Shown in pieces: positions 1 through 12,445 of a stretch of 64,000 nt of DNA. The position numbers were made by a program, and so were the translations under genes. Location of the stretch: assembly GCA_965153285.1 (NCBI GenBank), contig OZ229119.1, one strand, 5' to 3'. How positions within the stretch are numbered: position 1 is the stretch's first letter; each line of letters starts with the position of its first letter. Below the pieces are notes generated by a model. That model was not told where the DNA came from and searched no databases. It worked only from the letters and a program-made list of their open reading frames with translations. The DNA comes from Podarcis tiliguerta (taxonomy: Eukaryota).

Positions 1-1122
1 TCCTAAAACTATGATTTGTCCTAGGCCTAGATAACATCTCTGCAGCCTTGTATAAGGCAGCAGTCACTGCTGCAGCAGGCAGGCTGCCTCCTACAAAGTG
101 CTGCTCCAGATAGCCACCTAAGATCAACTCTGTAAAAAAGCATTGTCTGCTGATACATATGCCAGGAGTGTGACAAGTAGATGGGTTAAAGGCAACCTCT
201 CTTTGAACTGAAATAATTTGTTGTGCAATGTTTGCTCCTAAGGAGTTTTCAGGCCACGTGACTGGAACAAAGCGAGTGTGAAAGGTCATTGTAAGTATAA
301 ACCGTAAGGTGAGTAGATGTCTCATTGGGGTACCATGTTGGATGGGAAGCAGTAAACACAGGAGTGCATTATTTGTAGCGTTATCATCCCAGAAGCCCCC
401 TCAAAGCCTTCTGTCGATATAGCTGTTTTCATGTGGACTTTCAACCACTGCTTATTGCTTCAGCTTCACGGACCTGCTTATATGAAGGGATGGGACACTG
501 AATCTGAACTTTAAGCAATACCCTTCATTTCAAATTCCATCTACTTAGCCAATCCATTTCAGTAGAGAACCCTTTACCAATACAATGTTGTAACTTTTGC
601 AAGCTGTTCCGCTCCTGCGGTTTTTCATCATTGTTTTTTTTAAAACAAAAAATAAAGTCACTGTGGTTAATATTTAGCAACATGCTCCCTCCTTCACTCT
701 TTTCATTGTCTTTGCTCATTGGTCACTCCTCTCCTTTGCCTTAATTATCTTTACTAAAATAAAGCATATTTATGATAGCCCACACCTTGCAAAAGAAAAA
801 AACATGCCGCTCAACGTGTGCAAGTCAAAGAAGCAGAAGACTCAAAATTATTCCATTGCATTACAGTACTGTATTTGGGTGTTAATTTATTTCCTTGGGC
901 TTTAACTTTTCAGAAATAATTAATAAATACTTCCATTGATAACTCCATTATCTATTTTTGTTCCTTTCCCAGTTGCAAACTTTAAATTAATTTTAGCATT
1001 CTGCCTATTGCTGTCAAGTTCAAACCTTCTCCTTGCCTTCTTTTTTAAATAAAGACTTCTGCCACACCTGTAACCCTCATAACCCAATTGGGCTTCTGAT
1101 GTCATAGACTGTGACTATGTTA

Positions 1123-1475
1123 AAGGTAAAGGGACCCCTGACCATTAGGTCCAGTCGTGGCCGACTCTGGGGTTGCGGCGCTCATCTCACTTTATTGGCC
1201 GAGGGAGCCAGCGTACAGCTTCCGGGTCATGTGGCCAGCATGACTAAGCCGCTTCTGGCGAACCAGAGCAGCGCACGTAAACACCGTTTACCTTCCCACC
1301 GGAGCGGTACCTATTTATCTACTTGCAGTTTGACATGCTTTCGAACTGCTGGGTTGGCAGGAGCAGGGACTGAGCAACGGGAGCTCACCCCATCGCGGGG
1401 ATTCAAACTGCTGACCTTCCGATCGGCAAATCCTAGGCTCTGTGGTTTTACCCACAGCGCCACCCACGTCCCTCT
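1123..1475 (-). mobile_element. Sauria SINE, full length, 11-bp TSD
   Basis: tRNA-like head with A/B boxes and ACCTTT tail on the minus strand. TGACTATGTTA at 1112-1122 and 1476-1486. Highly similar to the copies at 12.1, 26.7 and 27.7 kb. Confidence 0.93.
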
Positions 1476-1659
1476 TGACTATGTTAGTGCCCTATAAAAG
1501 GGCATTGGGGTCCTTCACTGACAAGGTTTACTACACTCCTTTATTCCTGGCTCCTATATATTTTTCTCTGTCAAGCGCCTTCATTTGTTTATTGATATAT
1601 TTATTAATTGCATTTAGAGCCTGCCTTTTACTCCAAAGAAGTAAAGGCAGTGTACATGG

Positions 1660-2005
1660 TTCCCTTTATCCTCACAACAACCCTGTGAGGTACGTTAGGC
1701 TGGGAGACAGTAACTGACCCTGAGACCGTGTACACGCCATACATTTAACAAAAATTTAAAACACATTTCTCTGCATGCCCACCCCCAAAGAGAATTCGGG
1801 GAACTGGAGTTTCCCCCTCAGAGCTAGTTTCTAGCACTCACAACAAACTACAGTTCCCATGAGTTTTTGTGTGCGTGCATGCTTGAATGTCTGGCGTGTA
1901 TGCGGCCGAAATCACTCAGTGAGCTTTATGGCCACATGGGAATTTGAACCCTTATCTCCCACAATGTTTGTCCAACACTCTAACCACTGCACCACACTGG
2001 CTCTC
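1660..2005 (-). mobile_element. Older squamate SINE (MIR/Squam3-like) interrupted by a MITE
   Basis: tttatcctcacaacaaccctgtgagg... resumes after 1907 as tcactcagtgagc...atttgaaccc...ctctaaccactgcaccacactggctctc. Family name from recall. Confidence 0.65.
1724..1907. mobile_element. Non-autonomous DNA transposon (MITE) with ~25-bp imperfect TIRs
   Basis: gaccgtgtacacgccatacatttaa versus reverse complement of ttgaatgtctggcgtgtatgcggcc; internal gggaactggagttt / aaactacagttccc inverted pair. Confidence 0.75.
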
Positions 2006-4289
2006 CAAGTGGCTGAGTTCTATTTCCAGCCCTGCAATTTATTCTCCTTACACTCTTCTCACTAATGCTTAACCATAGTATTTTATCTTTTAATCCTTGA
2101 TACAATGATGTTCAGTGGCACACATCTTTCAACAGGTTTAGTAGCATCACCTTCTACACCCTTCATCCCTTTCTTAACCAAATAAACTTTCTTTCAAGTG
2201 TCTTCAGGTTAATGTCTCTAGGATACTCTGTTTCTCCAAGTACACCTTCAGCTATTCTGATTCTTGCAGGTTCTTACTGGTCTTTTTAGGATCCTTGACC
2301 TAATTAATGTCTTTTCTCACATCATTTATACCTACAAATATACATTCTCTAGCGTACAAAAAGCCTTGGGAATGGCCCAGCTAAAGCTAGGATTTTAAAT
2401 TCACATTGAAGACAGTCTCAGAAGCCCATACTTATATCTTCTCCACTGAAATCAATAATACCTGAAAATGTTTAAGTCAGCCTTGTAAACAAGCCCTCAA
2501 AAGTTACTATCCTATGATTGACAGACAGGTGGCTTGTTTGCTTGAAATTGTTATTATCAAACTTAGGTGTTTTTCTTAACAAAAGTAACTCAAAGCAGCT
2601 TACAGCAATAAATAAATTGGTAGCTAGTGCAGTCACACCAGGATTGGTGTATATGTGTTCAGAGCATCTTGCTCTGGCTTGCTATGGGCTGACAGAATGG
2701 ACTCTGTCCCTCTTCCAGCAGCCTGCTGAATTTCAATGCTAGGCAAGAAGGAGGCTTCCTTCCTCTGGTATCCTATGCTTTCTGTGTTGAGCACAAAGAA
2801 AATAAGTTACCTGTATAATAATTTATTCTCTGCCAACCCATGAATCCCATCACAGAACACCTTATCATACATGGTACCAGGAAAGTTTTTAGATACAAGA
2901 GTGTCTGAATTTTGGAATGAACATCTCTTTTATTTTACTAGAGCCCCTCTAGTGCTTTACAAACTTCAGTTATAATCTGATGTTGCCTTTTTTTTTAAGC
3001 ATTACAAACATAGAAAACTAGAACTTACTTCTGAATAAATATCCACAGAATTTTACTGCTAATTTTCTTTCACTAAAGATTTGACATTGACTATTGTGAT
3101 TTACATTGGTGATGCAAAGTTCCCATCAATTTGCTTGACCAGCTTCAAAATAATGGTTCTTGGTGTGTATGTTAGCTTCATACCATGATACAGTAGGTCC
3201 AACTTTTATTTAGCAGGAGATCGAACAGAGGTTAAAGAGGACAGGATTCCTGCACATTTGCCACAGTTGTGTGGAGGTGGCAATATTCTGCAGCTGCAGC
3301 TTGGATGACCACGCCTACACCTACTGATATTCCCCACTTTCTACATAACTTTTAAAGGTACAGGAGCCCTGCCCTCTTTTGCATCTGACCATCCAACTTG
3401 AGAATCAGACTCCTGAGTAGAGTGGCTAGATAATGAAAGTGGTTTCTCAGCTGCCATATATGTTAATGAGATATTGTACATCAGAACTCCTTAAAGCACT
3501 ACATATAACAGTGGAATCCCATTGCGCTCAGTGGGACTTCCTTGAAGATCAGTGGGTGTAATATTGCTGCCTTTAAAAAAGCAAACAAACCCTGGTTTTT
3601 CACAATTAAATCTGGCAAGTCCAACACTGGTGTAGTCTGGTAAAAGGTTGGGTAATTCATGCAGTGAAGCTAGGATTGCCATACGTCTGGAATTTCCCGG
3701 ACATGCATGGAATACTGCATCCGGAAGCAGTGTCAGGGCAGAAATCGTCAAAATGTCAGGGATGAGGTTCCTCATCTTGATGTATTTGGTTCATCTGATT
3801 TCTAGAATTTAAAAGTCAATGAAGCTAGCCAAACCTTATTGATTATCCTTAGTACTTGGTAAGTTGTAGTATGCCATCTCCGAACATTAAAAAAGTATAA
3901 ATATTTTATTTAAAAATATAAAAAAAGATTTGTAAAAAAACTAGTGGAGGAAAGACAAGTGCATTAATGTTAGGAATGACAGATATAAATGAGACTTTTA
4001 TGTGATAACCATAATGGGTTGGCTATCTTCATCATGTCCTGTTGTGAATGTTCCAGGGGAATCTGCTTGGCCGTCACTGAAAACACAATGCTGGACTAAC
4101 AAGGCAAGCCTGTGCATGTTTACTCAGAAGAAAGTCCCACTATGTTCAATGAGGCTTATACTTAGGTGTGCACAGAACTGCTGCAGCTTAAATAGATCTT
4201 GATCTAATATAACAAAGTGATTCTTTTTTTTTTAAGCTTGATGATGGTGACAGTGGCATGCATGTATACAGAGCTTCAGAAAGAACAGG

Positions 4290-4710
4290 TTTCACAAGTC
4301 CCTACTCCAAAAAGCTTGCAATCTAAAACATAGAAGAGGGAATGGGAAATGGAGGTAGGGGTAAACGGGGGAATGTGAAATTATTTCAATTCCATGCACT
4401 TTGGTTGTTCCAAAAGTCTTCTACAAAATAAATGAATTTTGAGGAATTTTAAGGAAGGGAGGAGGTTGCAAAGGCCTTCTGGAGGCAGTTCCAGGCATAA
4501 TGGGCAGGAATACAGGAAGAGCAGAGTTGTTTCAGGATGCAGGAAACCTCTGGACAGCTAAGCGGTGGACACAGGTCACAGAAAGGGATGCATTGGAAAA
4601 TAGAAGTGGAGAGAGAAGTGGGAGGGCAAGGCTGCAGAAGAGCTCTGAAGGTAGTTAAGTTTGTGCAGGATCCAATGATGGAGAGGAAGCCAGTTTACCC
4701 ATTTAAGGGC
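4290..4710 (-). mobile_element. Degraded L2-type LINE 3' fragment
   Basis: Minus-strand peptide LKWVNWLPLHHWILHKL resembles the L2 ORF2 C-terminal LHWLPxxxRIxFK motif; gtccctactccaaaaagcttgcaatcta resembles an L2 3' end. Confidence 0.5.
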
Positions 4711-4979
4711 ACTTTCCCAGTCTTTTATCAGTTCTGCAAGAGTCTTTGTTATACGTGACGCGTTAAACTTCAATTAACAAGCGCTGAACAATTTTAATTT
4801 TGAAAAATATCGCTATTGCTAAATGGAAGTAGAAGACCTGAGTATTTGCTTTTTGGCCAGTTTTGGAGAGAGCCCTATTCAATACAGTAGGGTTTACTTC
4901 TGCCTGAGCATGCACAGGAGAACAGGCGAGTGCCCACTGTTTTGTTCCTACTCAGGGTAGGTTAATGGGGCTGAAAATG

Positions 4980-5800
4980 GATGGCAGGGATTTCTCCCCC
5001 GCCGCCACTCCACTCCTTGCTGCCACGCCTCAGAACAGCCAGGGAAACGTTCAAGATAGGCCCACAAAGGGCCCTGCCCTTTCTCCGTGCGCCTATTGGC
5101 CGCTCGACGTGTCAGTCTACGCTCCTCTCTGAGTGAGGGCGCATTGGCTGAGCCCATTTCTGCGAGGAGGATGAGAGGCGGGCTAATATGAGAGCGGGGG
5201 TTGAGGCGTCAGTTGAGGAGATTAAAAAAAAAAAAAAAAAGCGCCCTCCGCCTTCTTTAGCAGCACCGCCCTCCTCTTGCATCGCCATTGGCGGGAGCTG
5301 GAGCTCAGTCAGAGCAAGCTGCCCTTTTTATTGGCCAGCAGTACAGCAGGTGGGTGTTGCTGTCCTTAGCCGCGGCCGCTCCCTCCCGGCTTGAAACCTC
5401 GCTGTTGCCGGTGAGTGTGAGGCGTTGAAGCTGGAACGGCGCAGCGGGTGGGGCGCTGCGACTCTCTCCGAAGGTGCCGGGTACCGAGTCTAGTCTTCCC
5501 ACAGCGAGGAGCAGGAGCCGCGGCCGTTCGCCCACCCCCCCAACCTCCCGGGCTTTGGCCAGACTCAGGTGAAATCCTGCTTCAGGGACGGCGCGGGACG
5601 GGACGGGAAACACGCGAGAGATGGCGCTTGGCTTTCAGTTTGGCGCCGGCGGGTTGAGGTTCATCGCGAGGCGGGCGGGCGGGTGTGGCTTAACTTCTAG
5701 AATGCCTTTCTTCTGCCAAGCGGGCTGCAAGCCAGGAAGTGCCACCCACTGTGGGGGCATCGTCTTTGGAGGGGGGGTGGAAGCGGGGTGGGGGGGCAGG
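4980..5800 (+). promoter_or_regulatory. MYH9: CpG-island promoter of MYH9 with CCAAT boxes and GC boxes
   Basis: Sharp rise in GC and CpG against a CpG-poor background. Repeated ATTGG (reverse CCAAT) at ~5095, 5143, 5287, 5330 and GGCGGG/CCGCC Sp1-type boxes. Only CpG island in the window, upstream of the first coding exon. Boundaries approximate. Confidence 0.85.
5340..5568 (+). other. MYH9: Putative non-coding first exon region (5' UTR); TSS and donor not fixed
   Basis: ATG-free segment in the CpG island with candidate donors CAG/GTGGGT (after 5349), CCG/GTGAGT (after 5410) and CAG/GTGAAA (after 5568). Vertebrate MYH9 has a non-coding exon 1 and a long intron 1. Confidence 0.5.
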
Positions 5801-7948
5801 TGCAGCCTTCATCTCTTGACTTCCTTTCCCGCCTGGGGTGGGGGAACGCTGTGCAATTGCCACGCACAGGATCCTTCCCTTGCCGCACCGGCTACCTGTG
5901 CTTCCCCTCCCCCCCACCGCCCCTAACCCCAACAACCCTGCAGGGGAAATGGCTTTAAGACTACCGCCTCTTGCCTCTCTGAGAAAGCAGCTGATCGCGT
6001 GCTTCTCATCCTCTGCTGCCTGTTACTATATCCTGCTCTTGTTGCAAGAGATTAAACCTGCTCGTTCTCTCTCCTCGGTTTGTAGCTGGGGTTGCACCCT
6101 CTAATCATCTAAGGATTTCCTGCCCCCCTCTCTTCCCCCCCTTTTTTTAAAAAAAAAAAAACAAAGCTGGGAAGTAACGGGCAGTATACCGCTTGGCAGC
6201 TGTCAGGGCTCCCGCCTGAGTCACGGGCTGACAACCTTGTTGCAGACATTGCAATGGGCTTGGCTTCCGCCCGCCGAGCTTGACTTCCTCATTCAGTTGG
6301 CGCTGCTTGAGTCAAGCCAGGAAAGGGGGAGGAGGGAGCGACGGGGCAAGACGAAGCTTGCAAGAAGAGAGTCTCTCTGGTAGATTTTGCAGCTGCCCCC
6401 GTTCTCAAATGGGACCAACTTCTCTCTGTTCAGTCAACTTCCTTTGAATAAAAGGTGGTGAAATGCCCTGGTTAAGAAACAACGGGCGTTTATTTCCCTT
6501 TGGCAGGGTGGTTCAAACAAGAGTCCAGCAGTCCCAGGGTCTGTATCTGGAAGGAGCAACTTGTGAAAAGGAAAAAGAAATGGGACAAGATTCCTGCTCA
6601 TGTGTTTATTAGTTGAATGTGGAAAGTGGGAAAATGCTCTGAGGCATGCTACTTCTAGAATATTCTCCTGTGGCAATTGTTGCTCTTGGGGAAATTCTCC
6701 AGTTGACTCTTAAGCATTGTGATAACTGTGAAGCAAGGATTTCAGAAAGTGGGTTCTCTCTTGCTCTTGTCCCTTGATGATTGTTGCTATCTTTCAAACT
6801 TATATTTGTGCTAGAGAGTCTAGGGGATCTGTATTGCCTCCCTGTTTTGGCTATCCCTTTTCCGTGGAGCAGAACTACTTGCTAGTTTCAATACTTAATT
6901 GATATAAGGAAAGTGCCAATGCCCATAGAGACCCCCCCTTTTTTTTACTGGCTGTGTCTACTTTTTCATTTTGCTCTTGGTCTTGCCTTTACTTTTTCTG
7001 TGTATAATCTGTGACTCTAAGTTACTTCCAACCAATGTACACCTGGAGAGTGGAGTCTGTTTTAAAAAGAAGACCCTCCAGGGCCTGTTTGTAGACAGCA
7101 GCAGCATCCCTCTAGACTAGAGATAAGTGTACAAAATAACATGCAGGTCTGACTTGCAGGCGTGCCTGAGAAATAAGGACTCCCCAAAGCATTCAGGATT
7201 TTACCAATCTGTCAGACTTGTGTACTGCTGGCAAGCAAGATGTGACTTGCATTTTCAAAAAGTAGCGTCTGAACTGGCAACAAATGACTCGCATACAAAA
7301 GTTTTGTTTGTTTCGCGGTATAATTACCCTGCAAATAGCCGCAACAAAACTTGGCTGTTAATGCTAACATGTGCATCTGTGACTAATGATTCTACCCATG
7401 ATGAAACTCTAGTTTGAACTGCGTAGGTAAAAAAAAAATACTGTGGCTAAAGAGAATGTATGAACCCTGGTCCTCGGATCAACACACTTCTACAACTTCT
7501 TAAAAATGTAGTTTCTTCCCTTAAGCATAGGTGTGACACAACAGAATCCAAAGTAATGACTGCGTAATCAGTTACTGCTTGTATAAAGATACATTATTAG
7601 TCATCAGGTGAAAAAATGCTATAGTTTCTTATCTTTGCCACTCCAGTGAAAGCTGCAAACCTTTGCACTGGCTAATACTCTCTGACTCATGGACTTGCTG
7701 TCTGGAGCTATGACGTTATACTTGTGTATTCAACTGAAATGAAATAATTGAGATAAATTCTAGTCACTTATCTATGTGAATGTCTTGGAGGGCCAATACA
7801 ATTAGCCTGCCATTTTGAGCCAAAAAGTATCATGTTAGCGGTTGATGTGAGCTGGCTTGTTTCTGTCAGTCTTTGAGGGCAAATTAGGCATATTAATGTA
7901 GCTTTTGGAAATAATTGCTCAGGAGAAAGCTTGTGTTGATGTAGAACT

Positions 7949-8121
7949 AGGAGGGTGTGTGGCTCAAGCGGTAGAGCATCTGCCTTGCCTGCAGAAAAAG
8001 GTTCTGACTCAGGGCTGGAAATGTTCCCAGTCTGAAAGAGTCTCTGCCAGTCCGTGTGGGCAGTACTGAGCTTTGGACCAATGTTCTTGACTCTGTATAA
8101 GGTAGCTGCCTATGTTCCCAT
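7949..8121 (+). mobile_element. tRNA-derived SINE with CR1-like 3' tail (degraded)
   Basis: tggctcaagcggtagagcatctgccttgc head and ggaccaatg...gactctgtataaggtagctgcctatgttcc tail; similar to 28001-28182 and to reverse complement of 26391-26567. Confidence 0.65.
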
Positions 8122-8315
8122 GTTACCCTGAGCCCTCCTTGTGGTTCTTGACTGATTGCAGTAATAGTTACAAGTGTAACCTCCTTGCTACTGCCTTGTC
8201 TAATGCAAAACAGTGTTATAGACACACCCAGTTATTATATCCCCCACGATATTTCTTTCAATTGATACTGGGCAATGAGAAATATGTTTGTAGTCCTCTG
8301 CAGGCCAGTGCTATG

Positions 8316-8454
8316 ATGGGTGTGTGGAACCTGTGGTTTCTAGACGTTGCTGGATTCCCAACTCCCATCAGCCCCAGCAAGCATGTCCAGTGGTTGTGGA
8401 TGATGGGAACTGTAGTTCAACAACATCTGGAGGGCTAGAGATTCCTCACCCCTC
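8316..8454. mobile_element. Palindromic hAT-like MITE (~140 bp; related decayed copies ~13963-14105, 19424-19560, 20410-20512, 22216-22325)
   Basis: Self-complementary ggaacctgtgg...gacgttgctgga...actcccatca / tgatgggaactgtagttcaacaacatctggaggg...cacccct; the same core recurs in the window. Confidence 0.65.
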
Positions 8455-9611
8455 AGCTATGATGACCTTCAACAATGGGGAGGTCCCTCAGTAAATGTAG
8501 GTAATGATTAACCACCACAGGTGACCAAGGGAGTGTTCATCCTTTACTGCAGCCCCAGATTTGCTACCTGTTGCACCTTGGATCAATCCAATCTACTTTT
8601 TGAAACTCTGGATATTTATTCCCCATCCATCTTCTCCAAGGAGTCCAGAGCAGATAGGGTGACTTGTAGAAAAATTTACACAGGATCAGTTAAACATGCC
8701 CAAATTAACTTTTGAAAGATTTGGATTCAGACTAAAGGGGCAGCATACCAAGTCAGATATAACTTGGTCTGAAAGTACTTGGAATAAAAGGTAAAATTGT
8801 CTGAAATGTAACAGCAAAATAAGCTGTCATCCATGCAAGCCCTATCTGTGTGCTTGAGGTTTCCAAGGATGGGGACAACTAGTAACTAAGGGTAATATCC
8901 AGTGTTAGTCGTGCTTAGAATATACATGTTGAAATTGAGAGACGAGTAATTTGTCCATTGATTTCACAGGTCTAATCCATGTATGACTAACACTGGAGAT
9001 CTCTTTAAGAGTTACTGTAATTTGAGAGCCAGAAGTGACCAGTGAGTGAATAAGCATGCCCACTTAACTGCTATTTATTTTTCTAGCCTAAATTGAGATA
9101 GGCTTTTTGCACAGTACAGTCTTCTTATTTAATTTGTTATGCTTACTGCTGTGGCGTGCTTGGGCAGCATGTGACCTAAAAGTCCTGTATTCCATGAACT
9201 CCTGTTAATCCAGAGAGTTTGACTTGAATTTAGGGCTGGATGTGAAGGGAGAGTAGCACATTACATTCTCACTGCAGTTTTGAGAGTTAATTTTGGTACA
9301 TGCTAGTCTTGTCATGGATAGCTTCAGATTATTTCCCTTCATGCAGAACCTGAATTCTGTTCTCCTTCCTCCTTGTAAAGGAGCTCATCTTGATTTTGGA
9401 TATGTCTCCCTTAAGGGTTCCAAAATTCCTCTGTTAAGAGCTACACTTGGAGCCTTTAATCTCGTATTGCAAAATACTGCCATAAGTGCTCTCTTAAGAG
9501 GAAGTCTTGGAGTTACAAATACTTGGGGGAAGGAAGAAGTAATACAGTAGACTTTTGAGAAGAATTGGATGCCATTTACTAAATAATGGAATATTTGCCA
9601 TAACGGGCATT

Positions 9612-10078
9612 CAGAGTTCAAAATTAGCTGGGCACCAGTCGCATTTTGCGACTGGCAACTGGCCTCCTGCAACTGGATTGAGATAGCAAGGAGGCGTGCT
9701 TTGCGCCTAGCATGTCCACCTGCCTGGCTGTAGTCATCTGGTCTGCTGGGCACGCCCACCAAACACCTGATTTGCCCAGTGGTGCAGCAGGAAAAAACAC
9801 ACTTTTTTTGCTTCCATGCTGCCACGCTGGGGTGAATCAGGTGTTTGGCAAGTAGAGTGGAAGCAAAAGACACGTCTTTTGCTGCTGCACTACCCTGCAG
9901 ACCTCCTGATTCCCTAGCCAGCCAGCCCCCCCCCCCCCCCCGGTGTGGCTACCTGGTCTGGTAGCAGGGCAGGAAAAAACAAACAAGCAATGCACCTAGA
10001 CATTTTGTTTTGGCGCCCACAGCCTAGGTCCCAGGAGCCACATGGCTTCTAGCATTCCTGTTCCAGTTTCTAACACTG
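9612..10078. mobile_element. Putative non-autonomous hAT-type element
   Basis: Ends CAGAGTTCAAAA and TTTCTAACACTG (imperfect TIR); GGGCATT at 9605-9611 and 10078-10084; internal inverted repeats ccagtcgca/tgcgactgg and aaacacctgatt/aatcaggtgttt. Confidence 0.55.
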
Positions 10079-10402
10079 GGCATTTTGATAATGTACTAAG
10101 ATGGATTTACCGGTAGTTAGCATGTAAATCATCTAACCTGGAAGCTTGCAATTAACGTGGTAACATTTAATTTTTTGTTTTATGCTGGCCTATGTATTTT
10201 TAAATCTACAATAGTGAAATGTAAATTTAAAAAGAGGGAGAGTCTTAGAAAATATGCTGGATCTCTTCGCTTCACATCTCATGTACTAGTTGATTGCCAG
10301 TTTTTAGTGGGGGTTTTTTTACTGTCATGTGACCAAATCTTAAATGTTTTGTGCTACTATTGTACCATGTCAAGATGCTGCTGGTAGGAATACATATACA
10401 TC

Positions 10403-10406
<4 letters not shown>

Positions 10407-10443
<37 letters not shown>
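10407..10443. repeat. (GA)n microsatellite
   Basis: Pure GA run. Confidence 0.95.
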
Positions 10444-10447
<4 letters not shown>

Positions 10448-12100
10448 TTTTGTTTTGTGGTATTACACAAGTTTTACCTTAAACTGTTGAATTCTGGCAG
10501 AAATCTTTGGCCAAGATTCAACTTCCCACCCACTTTGAGTGCATGAGTGAAAAGTGCTTCTGAACATGCATGAGGGAGGGTAAAACTTCAGATCTGGCAG
10601 CAGTCCTTTGTACCTTATGAAGTACCACACAATGGAGCCCATGACCTAGAAGGGTGCATGAGTACCCTAAAATAACTTCCACATTTGCTAGATTTTATTT
10701 TTTTCACTTTTAAAATTACACTTGTATTAGTTTGGATCCTGGTCATTTTATATCTGCTTTTCAGAAAATCTGTAACTAGAAACTGCTGCTGAATGGGCAT
10801 AGCTCAGCCTCCAGCTTGTAGTTGGTGAGTGTTTGCACTATTCACCTTGAGCTGTATCTAATTTTTTTCATGTATTTGGACATGGCAGGTGTTCAGGTAG
10901 GCCAGAAACAGGCTGGCATGGAAGATAATGCAAGTTTCTCTCTTGAGCCTGGGGCAAATGTGCACTAATAATAAAAGGGACCATATTTCAGAGTATCTTT
11001 ATTCTAACCGGTCTGTGCAAAAATAGTTAGTCAATGCATGCACCCAAAATGTCACTCGCTTAAAAATCTGACTTACAATTATTTACTTTCTAAAAGATGA
11101 CTTGGACAAATGATGATCTACATGGGGGGGGGCAGGTTTTAACTTTCTACTCCTACATATCATGCACAGGATGACATTTATTTCTTGTCTAGGATGCCAT
11201 AATAGGGCGAAATCTCCCAGAGAAGTCCTGGGAGGTACAGGCACTCCAACAATGGGTACTTGTAAGATTTTTCCAGTGCCATAAGAGTAGTCCTTCTTTT
11301 TGGAGGATGCTGCTTAGTACTTGGGCCAGATCCCACAAAGCAATTTCCTTATGAAGCAGCAATTCTGATACTTAGTTGCCATATTCCTACAAGACTGCTC
11401 TGAGCTATCAAATTTCCACACATCCAGCTTGCTAACAGAGCTATGGAAAATAGTATAGATCCACCTTAACAAGAGTGCCTATTTTCATAGATGTAAATCA
11501 TAATTTGGGCATTTTTTTAATGTGGAGATTTTTCATGGCATGAACAGACTCAGTAGCTTAGATCTAGTTGTGCCATGTTTATATGCAAACTACTGCCAGC
11601 TATCAGCTTTTAGGCAAATGTCTTCTCTGATCTGATGTGTGTTCACTGTCAATAGCTCCCATCTATGCAGGCTGAAATGTAACAGTACTGGATTGCCTGA
11701 AGTAGCATAGTTCTTGTTGACTGTGAATCTAAGATGACTTTGTTCTTACCTTGACTTGAAGCACCCCTCCCCATATGACATATGTGACAAAAGAACATGG
11801 AAGGAAGTGGCTAAAGACTTGGTCGCAAGAGTACATAGACTGCTTGTGGTTACATACAATTACAGACTCATCCCTAGAAGCTAAACATTAAGTAACACAT
11901 TATTAGTACCAATACCTAATTTTAGATTACTTCTTTCTTAGTACTTTGGGATATGTCCTCAGCTTTCTGAACATTTGCCTTTGCTGTTGATTTGTATTGA
12001 AGAAACCATTATTGTTGTGGAATGGGGATGGGGCTATATTTTCTCCACAATATAGACCATGGCAAAGTTTTCTCACCCTCCCATTAAGTTTCTGGTATCT

Positions 12101-12445
12101 TGCGGGTGGCACTGTGGGTTAAACCACAGAGCCTAGGGCTTGCCGAACAGAAGGTCGGCAGTTCAAATCCCTGCAATGAGGTGAGCTCCTGTTGCTTGAT
12201 CCCTGCTTCTGCCAACCTAGCAGTTCGAAAGCACGTCAAAGTGCAAGTAGATAAATAGGTACTGCTCTGGTGGGAAGGTAAACAGCGTTTCCATGCACTA
12301 CTCTGGTTCGCCAGAAGCGGCTTAGTCATGCTGGCCCCATGACTCGGAAGCTGTACGTCGGCTCCCTTGGCCAATAAAGCGAGATGATCGCCGCAACCCC
12401 AGAATCTGCAACTGGACCTAATGGTCAGGGGTCCCTTTACCTTTT
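12101..12445 (+). mobile_element. Sauria SINE, near full length
   Basis: gcgggtggcactgtgggttaaaccacagagcc ... ggtccctttacctttt; colinear with reverse complement of 1123-1475. Confidence 0.93.

Noticed and set aside
1111-1497. Similar ORFs at 1111-1497, 12084-12374 and 26777-27034 (…ASMTKPLLANQSSA…) as a small gene family
   Set aside because: They are antisense translations of Sauria SINE copies
7949-8010. tRNA genes at SINE heads (also ~12101 and ~28010)
   Set aside because: Only degenerate A/B-box remnants fused to SINE bodies; no complete cloverleaf
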